Shown: positions 13,001 to 24,983 of the stretch, in pieces | Position numbering within the stretch: the first letter of the stretch is position 1 | Layout: the number at the start of each line of letters is the position of its first letter | Position numbers and translations under genes: made by a program | The notes under the pieces: model-generated | Seen by the model: the letters and a program-made list of their open reading frames with translations, nothing else | The model's database searches: none | Told to the model about the DNA's origin: nothing | Source of the DNA: Klebsormidium nitens | Taxonomy: Eukaryota; Plantae; Klebsormidiophyceae | Assembly: GCA_000708835.1 (NCBI GenBank) | Contig: DF237087.1 | Span: 62,001-126,000 of the forward strand | DNA: 64,000 nt | Direction of reading: 5' to 3'

Positions 13001-16000
13001 CAGGGGCCAGAGTTTTATTGAGCATCTTATGAGGCAATGTGCGTCACGCTTCGCCCACAAGGGATGGATGTGGCGCAATTGTAAAATACTTTTGACACGC
13101 CAAAGAAAGCACTATTTGAGGGCAGTACGCATGCTTGACTTTCTCAAAGGGTAATCGGCGGAAGTCGCAAAGCTCCCGAAGTCGATTTTGTTGCTCACGT
13201 CACACTTGATACCGTCTGTTTGCAGAGTTCCTGCGCAACAAGTTGGTGGAGACGATCCAGTTCATGGAGGTGCTGAATCTGAAGGACAGCGTCGAGAAGG
13301 ACAGCTTCTTCCGCCGCCTGTCCGGCCTTGCCGAGCAGCTGCCGCGCCAGATCGTCACCAAAAAGGTGAGCCGCTGTTCAGTTCTTGTTGCGGCGTTATG
13401 GATTGATTTGCTGTTAGCAAGCATCGGGGACGTTGCTCCTTGTTTTCAAAATTTGCATTATGGCAGCGCGAGGTGCAGTCGTTGGTGGCGGTAGTGATTG
13501 CGGTTCAGAAAATCTGGCGGACGTCCTGCCCGAAGCGAAAGCGGTTCGCAATCTTTTGACTCATTTGCATTATGCATTCCCGTCCTGCGATGTGCTCAAA
13601 GACTGGTTCCGAGGACCTTTCGTGAAGTCATTCGGCTGAAACCGTTTTCTCAAATTTCAGTGGAAGCATCCGGCCTTGCATTGTGCGAGTTCTTGCGCCC
13701 GCACCGACGTTTTCAGCAGAGGCATTTGGCGCTTGCTTACTCACTTTTGTTGACGACTCCGAAGTTTTCAGTAGAGGCATCTAGTTTTATGAACGCGTTT
13801 CTCTTGCCGGCGCTGACGTTCTTGGTAGAGGCAACTGGCCTTGAAGTACGAGATTCTTTCAACGCAATCGCCCATTTCGTACATTCAACTGGCCCTGTTC
13901 TATGCGTTTTTCTTGAACCGACGGAGGCAACTGGAACTCGAAGTATGCGATCGCCCGGAACTAAAGTTCCTTCTACAATGTGCAGCTGCTCCCGCTCGTT
14001 GGCGCCGCGCTCGAGTTCGGCTCCGGCTCGTCGCTCGCTCTCCAGCCGCTGCTCAAGATGGGGTCTCTCTTGCCACAGGACGAGTTTAACGTCAAGGTTC
14101 GTGCATTCCACCCGCCTGAGAAGCTGGAGTGCCCTTCTGTTGTCAGTGAAAGCTGCCTCCGTCTTTGAGGAAAAGTCTGAAAGTCTGCTCGGAAGAGCGA
14201 GCTCCGTATCTCCTTCCAAATCGACGAAAATCCATTAAAATCTGCTCGTCATCTGTCGCACCCCGTTTTTGCGTGGCTTCACGAAGCTGTTCGCGCCTTT
14301 TCTTTATGGGAGCTCTCGGTCTCATCGGCCTTTCGATGCAAATCAGCGGCCAAGCTAAGACCTGCTCTTCGCCGATGAACACAAAACCACCCAGGTTATA
14401 AAGTCGACAGAAACATGCGCTCCTTCTTTTCTTCCCAGGTGCTGCCGACCATCACGAAGCTGTTTGCGTCCCAAGACCGCTCGATCCGCGTGGGGCTCCT
14501 CCAGAACTTTGACGCCTTTGGGCCGCACATCTCGGCGTCCGTCATGGACGAGCAGGTTTTCCCGCAGATCGCCACCGGCTTTGCAGATTCTTCGCCGTTC
14601 ACGCGGGAGCTTACGCTCAAGTCCATGCTCACCATCGTACCGAAGGTGAGGCTGGCTCTGAGTAAACGCTTCGGTGACAAACTGCGGGTTATCCTGTTAA
14701 CGGCGCTTTCGCAGATCCCGCGATCGCTGAAATTTTGACCATGTCATTGTTCACCACGGAGTTAGGAGTGGTTGTTGCTCAGCGTACTACTGAGGAAGTA
14801 TTGTGGCTCCTTTCATTTTGCACGCTGACAGAAGCATGCGTCCAGAACGTGAACAATGGCAGCGACTGTCAGACGTTGTCCAACCATTGACCAAAGCAAG
14901 CCGGTATCTCCTCGCCAGAATCAAAGGGCACGATTTGAGACCGCAGCCGAAACAAGCGCCAAGGTCCTGCAAAACTCTCAATGCTCAGCCAACCAGTAAC
15001 CATGACTAGGCTTCTCTTGTGCAGTTGTCGCAGCGCACGCTGACGGGCGCGCTGTTGAAGCACCTGTCGAAGCTGCAAGTGGACGAGGAGCCCGCCATCC
15101 GCACCAATACCACCATCCTACTCGGCAACATCGCACGGCACCTCAACGAAGCGGTTAGCCCCCGGCTCTTTCTGCTCCCATTCCTTTGGAATCATAGTGC
15201 AGATAAGTTACAATGCAGCTGATAGAACGGAAGGAGGGAGAACATGGACTCCCAAGCCGATGTTACAGACCCCTCCTAGCGATAACCCTCTAAGATCGAC
15301 AGTCTAGATTGAGGAAATTGACTAAGTTTGACCGTCGATCGAAGGGGGTCCGAGTCAAAGGGGGTATCTAGGGAGTCCGCCGGAAGTCCCTGTTCTCCTT
15401 TCATCCCTTCTGTTAGCATCTGGTAGCACTAGCTTCGCCTGGGTCAGCTTCCTGCAAGCAAAATCTGGCGTCCCAACTAAAGTTACCAGGAGAGTCGAAC
15501 GACACGCCTACTCGTTTCGGACCCGATTAGGAGCACTACCTAATGAGCTTCCTTTTCGACGTTTCTAAGCGAGCACAAAGGTTGCCCACTTTCAAAGAAA
15601 GGCTGCTAGTAGTGGCGACCTTCCAGGTTTCGACCTTGACCCATGCTAACTCATCCCCATGCAGACCCGCAAGCGTGTCCTCATCAACGCCTTCACGCGC
15701 GCACTGCGCGACCAGTTCCCCCCCGCCCGCGCGGCCGGCCTGATGGCGCTCACCGCCACGCGCGAGTACTACGACCCGACCGAGACGGCGACGCGCATCC
15801 TGCCGTCGGTCGTGGTGCTGACAATCGACGGGGACAAGGACTCCCGCGAGAAGGCCTTCCAGTGCGTCGAGACGTTCCTGCAGAGCATGCGCGACCACTT
15901 TGCGCGGGTGGGTCTTGGGCGATTCATGGCAAGCGTGTGTCTCTCTTGAAGTTTCTCTGCTCGCGTGCGGTGGTTCCGACAGTCATTTCTGGATGCAGCC

Positions 16001-17355
16001 TAATTACATGTTTATCTTGGTTGAGCAGCTTCGGTTCGTTCTCCTCGCGATAATTACATCCTTTGCTGGACTATCAGGCGTTTTGCAGTGCCGACCCATA
16101 CTTCTATGCTGCTTCAGTGGAAGTATCATTCTCAGCCGACGTCATAAGCAGATATTGCCCATTTGAAAACGCCGTCCCTTTTCTCTGCGCAGCTCGCCAA
16201 CGGCGACTCGGGCCTCCCGTCCCGCACCACCTCCGCATCCTCCGACAAGTCCAGCGGCTCTGCTCTTCTCGGCTGGGCCGTTGGCTCCCTTATCGGCGGC
16301 AAGGGCTCCGCTGCCCCGGCCCAAACCCTCGAACCCCCAACCTCTTCTGCGGCTGCCACGTCATCAACCGCGTCAGCGGGGTTAGCGTCGCCCGTCAGCC
16401 CCAGCCCCCTGACCCGGAGCATTTCGACAAAAGTCACCCCCCGGCAGTCTATGTCCGGGGCAGACGTCGCGCCGGCTGCGAGCGTAGCTGGGGGGGAAGA
16501 TGGATGGAATAACGACGAGGATGAGGGGGGGGGAGAGGAGGATGCGGAGGGATGGGACGATCTGGATGCGGTCGATGAGCCCGCGCCGCCGCCGCCGCCA
16601 GCTAGGAGCCAGGTATGTGGTGCTCGTACTCTGCGCTAATTTCTGTTAGGAAGCCGTAGTGCTGGCGGACAACGGTTTACTTTTTCTAGTGCCGAGTGAG
16701 CGAGTAACTCTTAACGGATCACAACATGACTCCGATCCGGCGCTAGTTTCTCTGAGAAATGCTTCAGTTCTATTCGAAGCTTCTTTGGAGTCCCTCGTCG
16801 AGAACAAAGGTTTTGGCGAGTACAACTGATGTTCCTCTTTTTCGGGTTCAGATGGGTCAGCTTTTAGTCGTACAAGATTGTCAAATCAGGGCGTGGAATC
16901 TTGTCCCTTTACAACCTAGTGCCACAACTTACGCTCAAAGCTTCAGCGTTTTGTAAAGAACGACTGAAATCTTTTGTTGCCCCGTGCAGTTCCAGCCTCG
17001 GCCGCCTTCCGCATCGACCAGCAGCGCCGGCAGCGTCCGCAGCCCACAACCGTCCGATGATGCGGACCCCTGGGGCGAATCAATGGCTGCGCCCGCTCGG
17101 CCGTCTAGTTCGGCCGTCAGCAGTAGCAGGCCCGCTCGGACGAGTGCCACATCAGCAAGCCGGCCCGCCTCTGCGAGGGCGCCGGCGGCGCAAACGGCGC
17201 AGCACGTCTCGTTGGAAAGCATGCTCGGAAACAGCATGACGGCCGGCGGGCCCAAACCGGGTATGCAACAGGCGAAGCACGTGTCGCTGGATAGCATCAA
17301 GGGGGCAGGCCGAGGAGGTGCCATGAAGCTCGGAGCGCAACGGTTGAACCGGTGA
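10009..17355 (+). CDS. SCYL1: SCY1-like N-terminal kinase-like (pseudokinase + HEAT repeat) protein, SCYL1/CTEXP-like, 14 exons
   Basis: Exons 10009-10125, 10435-10533, 10976-11127, 11417-11489, 11887-12021, 12326-12434, 12732-12893, 13226-13365, 13986-14096, 14439-14645, 15025-15153, 15665-15907, 16193-16612, 16990-17355. Peptides DLPYTIGEAYSTAWGSWTH, RNGVKRLRTVRHPNVLSFLHSTE, KAVSFLNNDCKLVHANV, VVVTPTLDWKLHAFD, EEPAIRTNTTILLGNIA, RVLINAFTRALRDQFPPAR. C-terminal MKLGAQRL resembles the SCYL1 KLGARKL motif. Confidence 0.93.
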
Positions 17356-20196
17356 CATCAGGTGGATCTGGATCAACGGGATTGGCTCCGGAAATGGTTT
17401 GCGCTTTCTACCCAACTCTCTGTTCAAGTAAGAAGCAGGGGGCCGCCGGCCAAGGCAGTTGGATCAACACTGCCTGGAGCAGGTCAAATGTAGCAAGGCA
17501 ACTGTGATTCGATGCACGGGACTGTTGCAAGGTGGACGACGTTGGTTACGTGTGGATGCAAGCCACAACTGAGTTGCCCATGTGAAGCTATGCTAGACCC
17601 CTCTGCAAAAATAAGGCTTCGAGTAACTTGCCTCAAGTAGACTGTCTGCTGACATTGCCCCGACCTTTCTCAATATCAGATGCTTTCGCGCGCCCACCTT
17701 CGCAAAGTCGATTCGCCATTGAGCAACTTTTTGTAAATGTACTTGTTCATTGGCGATGGTCGAACGCTCTCCAAGCCGTTTATCTACAGGGAAATGGTAC
17801 CGGCCTGTGGTGTGATCGTGATCTGAGACGGACGGTCTGCACCATGAACTTGCATGTGACTAATTGAATAGACATAAGCATTGTGGTTCTGGCTAGTTGG
17901 GTTGGCCGCGTTGGTTACGTGCTGACATTGTGCAATGACCGAAGAATTGTCAAATCGATGACGGGGTGGTCCGTAAATGGGACAGACCGTCCAGGCGGAA
18001 TTTGCATGATGCCTGAACTGCACCTAGTGTGCTGAGGCCGCCATGAATCTGTTCCATATGCAGACGTATGCATCTGGGTTAATCGAGGCGTACCATACGA
18101 AATCCGTATGGCGGCAATGCACCGCCGCCTGGAAAAAGTGATGATGCAGCCTCACAGACGGTGACGATTCCGGCCTCCTTCAATCATGATAATCGTGGCT
18201 AGCTGATAATCTAATTGGCGCACCTGACGCCGACCGCGAGCGCGCGCTTGCAAGGACCAAATTCAGTTCGTTATCCGTACAGGTGCACGGGAATTGTTGC
18301 GTGATGCCGTCTCATTTGTTGGACGCCCAACACGCAAGGTAAGATTGTATATAGTACTGGTAGCTCAACCGGGCAATCATTGCTTCGATGGAGTCAACCC
18401 GACGTTGCCAGGTTTGCAAGCTTGGGCCCGCGAAAGGGGTGAAATGATCTCAGGCCCTTAAACAGAGGGTGCAACGTTTGTGCCTTCTCCCAGAAGCGCG
18501 TGTTGCGAGATAAGATATTGTTGCCTACGCGTCCCCTCTGGCCACGTGTGGTGAAGTCGTCATATCTCGGCATTCAGTCTGGGCTCGTTTGAATCGGTGT
18601 GCAGCAACCTCAGAGCCTCGGGCGCAGTCGTTGGGCGGGCGTTGGGCATAGTTTCTTCCGACCTCGGGGAGTGTGATCGAAAATCGCCCAGCCCTACGCC
18701 AGCGCTTCCGCTGCCGTTTGCTCGCTCAGCATTCTGCATATCACCTCAACTGTGTTCGGCTCAGCGAATCCTATCGTACTGCCTCCGATTCAATCCTCCT
18801 CTATTTTGTCAGGGATCGAAATAATTTGACTCAAGCTCGTCTTAGTAGTGAGAGCTCAGTTTTCTTTCACAAAGTTTCAGAACAAGGATGTTTTCAAGAA
18901 ATAAAGAAGAACCCGCTTCATTTCTGTATCGCAGATCCTTCCCTCGGATGTAAGCTTGGGACGCGTCAATGCAAGCCTGTGATTCCCTCGGCCTCGGTGT
19001 CTATCGTACCTAAATGAGGCAATACAGCTTGTCTTGTAGAGCGTCTCTGGGTACTACAACTTTAGTCTCTCATATTGAGGGGTCGGAACACGTCTGCGCA
19101 AACCTGTCTGAATGCTGCGGGCTCAGTCGGTCCTTTATTCCGGACGAGAGTAGAAAGCTCGTCTAGGCAGTGCGGTCCTTCACTTTGCAGCGGCCTAGGG
19201 ACCCCGATCCCTGTATCTTTGTCTAGGGGTCAAACAAGTGAGTCCAGACATGTCTGGATACTGTGGGCTCAAACCCCTTTCTCGTAAATTGTTCCGATGA
19301 AAGAGTGCTGCTGTCTAGAAGAAGCGGCTCTCCTCTTGTAGAGAATCTATGTTAGCAGATCTCGTCTCTCAGTTTAGGTGGCGGCACAAGTCGGCGCAAG
19401 CCTGCCTAGATCCTGCACATATGTCCCTCGTAAAGAATTCAGGTGGGAATCAGGTCGAATGAAGCCGTCAAGCGCGTCTAGCTCTTCTTTCATGCCGAAT
19501 GTCTGTAGGCTATCAGTGCCGATACCGTCTCTCGGATCAGGGTTGAAACAAGCCAGCGGAAATCATGTCTAGAAAGTGCGGGCGTCAATCTCCCGTAAAA
19601 GGATCCCACGGATTCGTGAAGCTGTCTCAAAGATGCACTTTTTCCGCATGGAAAATCTCCTGAATGTCGTCTCTCAGTTGAGGTGCCGGAACAAGTCAGT
19701 CCGAGCCTGTGTCGATTCTGGGGGCTCTTGATGCCTCCCTCGTGCAGGTATCCGCTATTTCCCTGAAGCCCGTGTAAAGAATGCACTTCCTTGCTCGGTA
19801 AACGTCTCTAGGCCATCAATGCAGAGCGGGAAACTTGCCGAGACATGGGCGGCCTCCGAGACTCTTGCGCGCATGGGCATTTCTGCTTTCGGTTCCGGCG
19901 CCGTGTCACCAGCAATCAGTTCGCCCTTGTTTCAATGCGGGCCTGCTCTCAGCGCTTACACAAGAAGAGCATAACGCACCTGACTCTGGAACAACAGTCT
20001 TCAGCCCTAAGCAAATGCATTGCAGCCTACGCAAGCATCCTTTTTTAGCCCTGCTCGGCTCAGTATTTGCAGCCCCAATAACGCCACTATAGAAAGCGTT
20101 GCTTCTCCACAAGAGACAGCATTTTTCATACTCTCTGAAAGCTCTCCCTTACGAGCCGCTCCCCTCTCCCAAACCCCAGCTCAGATTCCCGGCACC

Positions 20197-22599
20197 ATGG
20201 CGGCTTTGAAAGGCGTTTCCGTTGCTCTCTTTGCGCTTTTTGGCGGCGCTCTAGTTGGCTTCGCGGCGGCGGCCGACCCGGACCCCCTGGTAGACTTTGT
20301 CCCGGTCGACGCTCTAGGCGACGCGCAGTTCAAATTCGCCCTGGGGAACTCTACCGGGATAGTCGGCCCGGGGGGGCAGATCCAGCCGGCGAACGTCATC
20401 AATTTTCCGGCGCTGACGTGAGCAAATACTTCCCCGCTTTCTTTCTCTTTCTTTCTCCCGTAAACTTGCATTCCATTTCACTTCCTCTCTCTCTCGTTTG
20501 CTCTTATCTCTATACAAACGTGAACCTTAGAATCATCAACAACTCTTTGACCGTTCAGCAGGAGTCCCTCTTCTAGCTGTTTAAGCTGGACCAAGAAACA
20601 CACCAGTAACGATTCTGTTTTTGAAGCTTCAGAAGTCTCTCATCCAGCTGTTACCTGAGTCAATCCGCTGAAAAAGGGCGCTAGCTTTCAAATTAACTGG
20701 CAGTGAAAGAGCCAATCATATGCGTCCACGTGCAGGTCTCAAGGGCAATCCCTCGTGCGATTCAACCTGAGGCCGTGCGGTCAGAACCCTCCCCACACGT
20801 AAGCGCGTGATATCTCAACCTCCTGCTGATTAGATTGTTTAGCTTCAGCTCATTGCACTTTGAATGGTCCTACTGGACGCTAGTTCTGCGCTCATGCTTT
20901 GAAGCTGTTGAATGGAAGCTTGTAGATGTTTTGGTAGGAATCGTTGGCAGTGGCGGCAAAGATACTTTACGTCCGCTCATCTGCTTGATCTGGGATGCAC
21001 CGGCTGAATTTGGAGGCAAACAGTTCTCAAAGATTTCTGGCTATAAAACAATCAATCGCATCCTGGATTTAGCCTTTTTTCTCCAGCCTTTTTCCTCGTT
21101 TGCAATTCAGCGATGTATCTTCTGCTTCATACTTCAAAGGACTTGTCGCGCTTAGACGTACCCGATCTCTAGATCGAATCCTGCAATACAGGCAGATCCG
21201 AATTGCTAAGAAAGTAAGAACTCCGCACACCGAATTGCTAAGAAAGTAAGAACTCCGCACACTGAGAGTCGAAGATTCTCCAAAACCATCAAAGCTTTTG
21301 CGGCTCAAACGACGGATTATGGCTTGGACTATGGAACAGACCTCAAAATTGGTACTATTTATCATTGTGGGTCTTCTCTACAGGCACCCCCGTGCAAGCG
21401 AAGTGATCTTCCTCATCTCTGGAGGACCACTTCTGGTGGGCTTTGTTGACACTACCGGTGAGCCGCCTTCGTCGAAGATCAAGACAGCGACGATTGAGTG
21501 TCAATCGCCTCCTCACAATATCCGAAATCCTAATCAGCTTTCGTCACTGCTTCCTTAAGGAGAATAACGATGCGAAGAGCGCCCCTTGAAACGTCACTGC
21601 TCTCATAGAGAGAATATCCATACGAAGAGCGTCCCTTGAAATCCTTAGCTTAGACGTCTTGTCTAAAGAACCCATAGCCTTCAAACGCACTAAAACCTTT
21701 TCTGTTCGAACGACGCCCCAACCCATGAACATGTTTCGCCCAATACCTGAACTTAAAAAAGTCTGAATGGTTTAAGACACTAATCCTCCGCCCCGTGTCC
21801 AAGGGATCCCCCACCTCAACGCGCTGATGCCCGGAGACGTGACCGTCTTCCCCCGGGGGCTGGTTCACTTCCAGCAGAACTTCGGCACGGAGAACGCCAT
21901 CTATATCGCCGGCCTCAACAGCCAGAACCCGGGGGTCCAGGTAAGGGGCGCCGCAGAGGGATCCCTTCGTTGCAGTACAATGTTCACAGTCTCCGATTCT
22001 TCAATGTTGTCGGCCACTAAATACATAAAACCTCAATTTACTTCGCCCGGTGATTAGAATCAGAGCGGTCTCTGAGTCTCCTTCAAAGATCTATTTGTCG
22101 CCGGAGATTAGACGCAGGACGTCCTCTAGGCACGAGACCGTGACTAATCCAACGTCGCACCAAAACCACTTGGAACAAGGACTCAGAAAGTGCGGACGTC
22201 TACTATGATAGATCGACGAGGGGGTCATCAAGTGCCGTCTACCCGGCCCGTCTTTCCTTACTGGGAAGAAGATGAGCAGCTTTCTTTCCTCCTCTTTTGT
22301 AGCCAATGTTCACTGTACTGGGGGCCTTCCGGGCGCCCATCTTGGCGACCGCCCTTAACACCTCTACGGCTAACCCGATCCTGACCGCGCTTTTTAAACT
22401 TAACTCGAAAATTTCTTTTCCTTTGCAGCCCATGTTCACCGCACTGGGCGCTTTCCCGGCGCCCGTCTTGGCGACAGCCCTTAACACCTCGGTGGCTAAC
22501 CTGACCCTGACTGCGCTGCCCAAGAACGGGGCGCCTCCCCTAGGGTCGGCCGCCTCAGGATGCGTGCCCGGAAGCCTCCCCCCGGGCATCAGGGTTTAA
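20197..22599 (+). CDS. GLP: Germin-like protein (cupin_1), secreted, 5 exons
   Basis: Exons 20197-20417, 20736-20798, 21384-21457, 21804-21940, 22429-22599 (alternative in-frame acceptor at 22303). Signal peptide MAALKGVSVALFALFGGALVGFAAA followed by DPDPLVDF. Germin box [15 protein letters not shown] and motif 2 [16 protein letters not shown] carry all His/His/Glu/His metal ligands; NSQNPG follows. Confidence 0.9.
21198..21261 (+). repeat. Exact tandem 32-mer x2 (CCGAATTGCTAAGAAAGTAAGAACTCCGCACA)
   Basis: Directly visible in GLP1 intron 2. Confidence 0.95.
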
Positions 22600-23526
22600 G
22601 GAATTGGAGGTTAATTCAGGGGTTTGAGGCCTTTTGGGTTTGCTAGATTCTTGAAGACTTCAGGGAGTTTGAGATTTTTGGTTCCAGGATCGGAGGAGGG
22701 TAATCGATACAATGTCCGGGATGCTTCCTTCGAGCATCATACGTTTTAAGTCTCACTCGACTCATGAGCATCAGGCCACTCCTGTACAAACCTTCTTGCT
22801 GATTTAGGTTTTTTGGAGAAGTTATTCTTAAATCGAAACGCAGAGACTTCATATAGGGTAGTAACAGTAGCATAGCCGAAACGTATCGACGACTTGACCC
22901 TACGAGTACTCTGGAAAAGGAGACTGTGCCTTGAATAGTGTTCTGTTGTAGGCTTGACTGTTGTTTTGCTGTAGGAATGTCTTAAGATTGGCTTTTTAGT
23001 CCTTTGCCACGAAGGGCTTACATTGCTTGAATCAGTCATCCTCTACCGGCTTAGGACTGCCCAGTACATGCTTTCTTAGAATGCTTGAGTGATCATCCGA
23101 CGTCTATTGTTGCGAAAGTCAGGATAAACCTGAAACTTAAGCAATCATCATATGCATCTTGAGTCGCGCGCCTCAAGAAAACATGCCAAGAATGCTTCGA
23201 TCCCGAGAATACACTGCATTTTTTTGGGTCATCGTGATCTGCCCCATTTGAAGGACCTACATGTATAGTAATGCCTCGTCCATATTTGCGTAGGACTTTT
23301 GCCAGAAGATATGTAATTGTTAGGTCGGTACGTTTTCACTTAGATTTCTTATCCTTGACCGTTCATCCAAGGGAGAATTAGCTGCTGATCAAAACAAGCA
23401 TCACTAAATTGAGCTATGATAAATATTCAGGACTGGAAAAGCAATGCCACAAGTAATCTATGACAAGACACTAGCAACGTCTTGTAGATGCATCCAATTT
23501 CTTTGACGTTACTTATTAGACCCTAG

Positions 23527-23708
23527 ATGACTGAGGTCGGCGCACTGGTTAGCCTGCTCACTCCGGTTTTGGCGACCGCCCTCAACCTTACTCTGACAAC
23601 GCCTGACGCCGTCAGAATCCTTGCCTCGGTGCCAAAGACCGGGGCTTCAACGCTCGGGACACGTTAAGGGATGCGTGCCCGGGGTGCTTCCCTGGGCGTT
23701 AGACCTAA
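23527..23708 (+). pseudogene. Diverged third copy of the GLP1 terminal exon (alternative last exon or remnant)
   Basis: After CCCTAG an open frame reads MTEVGALVSLLTPVLATALNLTLTTPDAVRILASVPKTGASTLGTR* (23527-23667), matching PMFTALGAFPAPVLATALNTSVANLTLTALPKNGA of exon 22429. The downstream GGATGCGTGCCCGG matches the GCVPG-coding segment at about 22558. Confidence 0.7.
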
Positions 23709-24983
23709 CGGGAGGCGGTCGGTATCGCTTCCGGAATACTTTCCCGAGCATTAAAAGGGAGTGTTGATCGGTCTATCAAGCTAGTTCTGTATAGGCGCGG
23801 TGTATATTCTGAAAAAGTTGACGACCATACTTCTATCATTGAAGGAATCATGGGGTTGAAAAGACTCATTCAAGCAGAACAAGCAAGCGAATGACCAAAA
23901 ATGCAGAGATTGTTTTGCAACGAGGTGATTGTGCAGTGGATTTCACTATATTATGTAGGGAGCCGTCAAAACAATGGGCTCTTAGTCTGACCACGAAACC
24001 TCCGAAATGCTTGGGTCAGAAGCCTCTTAAGCGCTGTATATGTTGAGAAATGCCCTTTCCTATCGTGTCGGAACGTGGGATGCTCCGTATCCGTTTTGGT
24101 CTGCTGAAATGCGGGCAGTTGTAGCATTGAACCAATAAAGCGGCCGGCTTCCTCGACGCTCTGCTCGCAAACGACAACAATGTTCCATCAATACATCATG
24201 ATGCGAGAACACTCCTCATGCATGATCAAAATCTAAATGCTGAGATCCGGCCTTGCTAGAGAAGAGATACAAAGCACACCACACTTTTGTATGGATTTAA
24301 GTAGATCACAGGGTTGTTTACACTATCAAGTACGTCCTGTGCTCACTACAAAGAGCGCAGCATGAGCCACCGTACTCGAAGCAGAAATCTATCCTACGAC
24401 TGTTCGAATACGATACTAGCAAACTCTTATGATTACGTCTACGGTCCAACGCTCGTCTCCGGCAATCTTCTTATGAGAGTTACCGGCGTAAGTTGTACCG
24501 GAGCATGGGTACTCAGCTCATTGTCACCAAAGTTCAGGATTTCGTCCTTTCAATCGGCAAAGGTCCTTCTACTACGCCCTTAACTCGGTGACCCCCCTAT
24601 TGCGCACACTCATCTAAGCACACTCGTACTTTATGACGTACACGATTTGTCCATAATACACATGCGTCCTGACACACAAACTGCTTTGAGAGTCGCTCTC
24701 GTCCTCCACGTAGAGGTACTGCGACCTTACCAAACCAAGATGTCCAATCCACAACTCTTTTCCTACCTGCCTTAATTCAGCCCTCGACTCGACCGGTTGA
24801 TCCTCCCAGGCTCCACAAACCCTCACTATCTCCCCCCTTTATTTCTGCCCGTTCCTTTCAACCGGGCCGCCGGATCAAAATATCCTCTCCCTCCCGCTTC
24901 TTGTCTACTAGTTGACATCTTGAGAACTCCACTCCTGACGTCATGCTACAGCGCTGACGTCACGCCTGCTTGCTGGGGTCAGC

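Noticed and set aside
13498-14238. 246-aa ORF in SCYL1 introns 8-9 with degenerate TTTCAG-AGAGGCA-like repeats
   Set aside because: It overlaps a real exon in another frame and has no domain-like character. The repeats are too degenerate to define units by eye.
18092-18130. Small hairpins (CCATACG-AAATC-CGTATGG and an adjacent GC stem) as possible ncRNA
   Set aside because: Stems of 5-7 bp are expected by chance; no tRNA, snoRNA or miRNA-precursor features.
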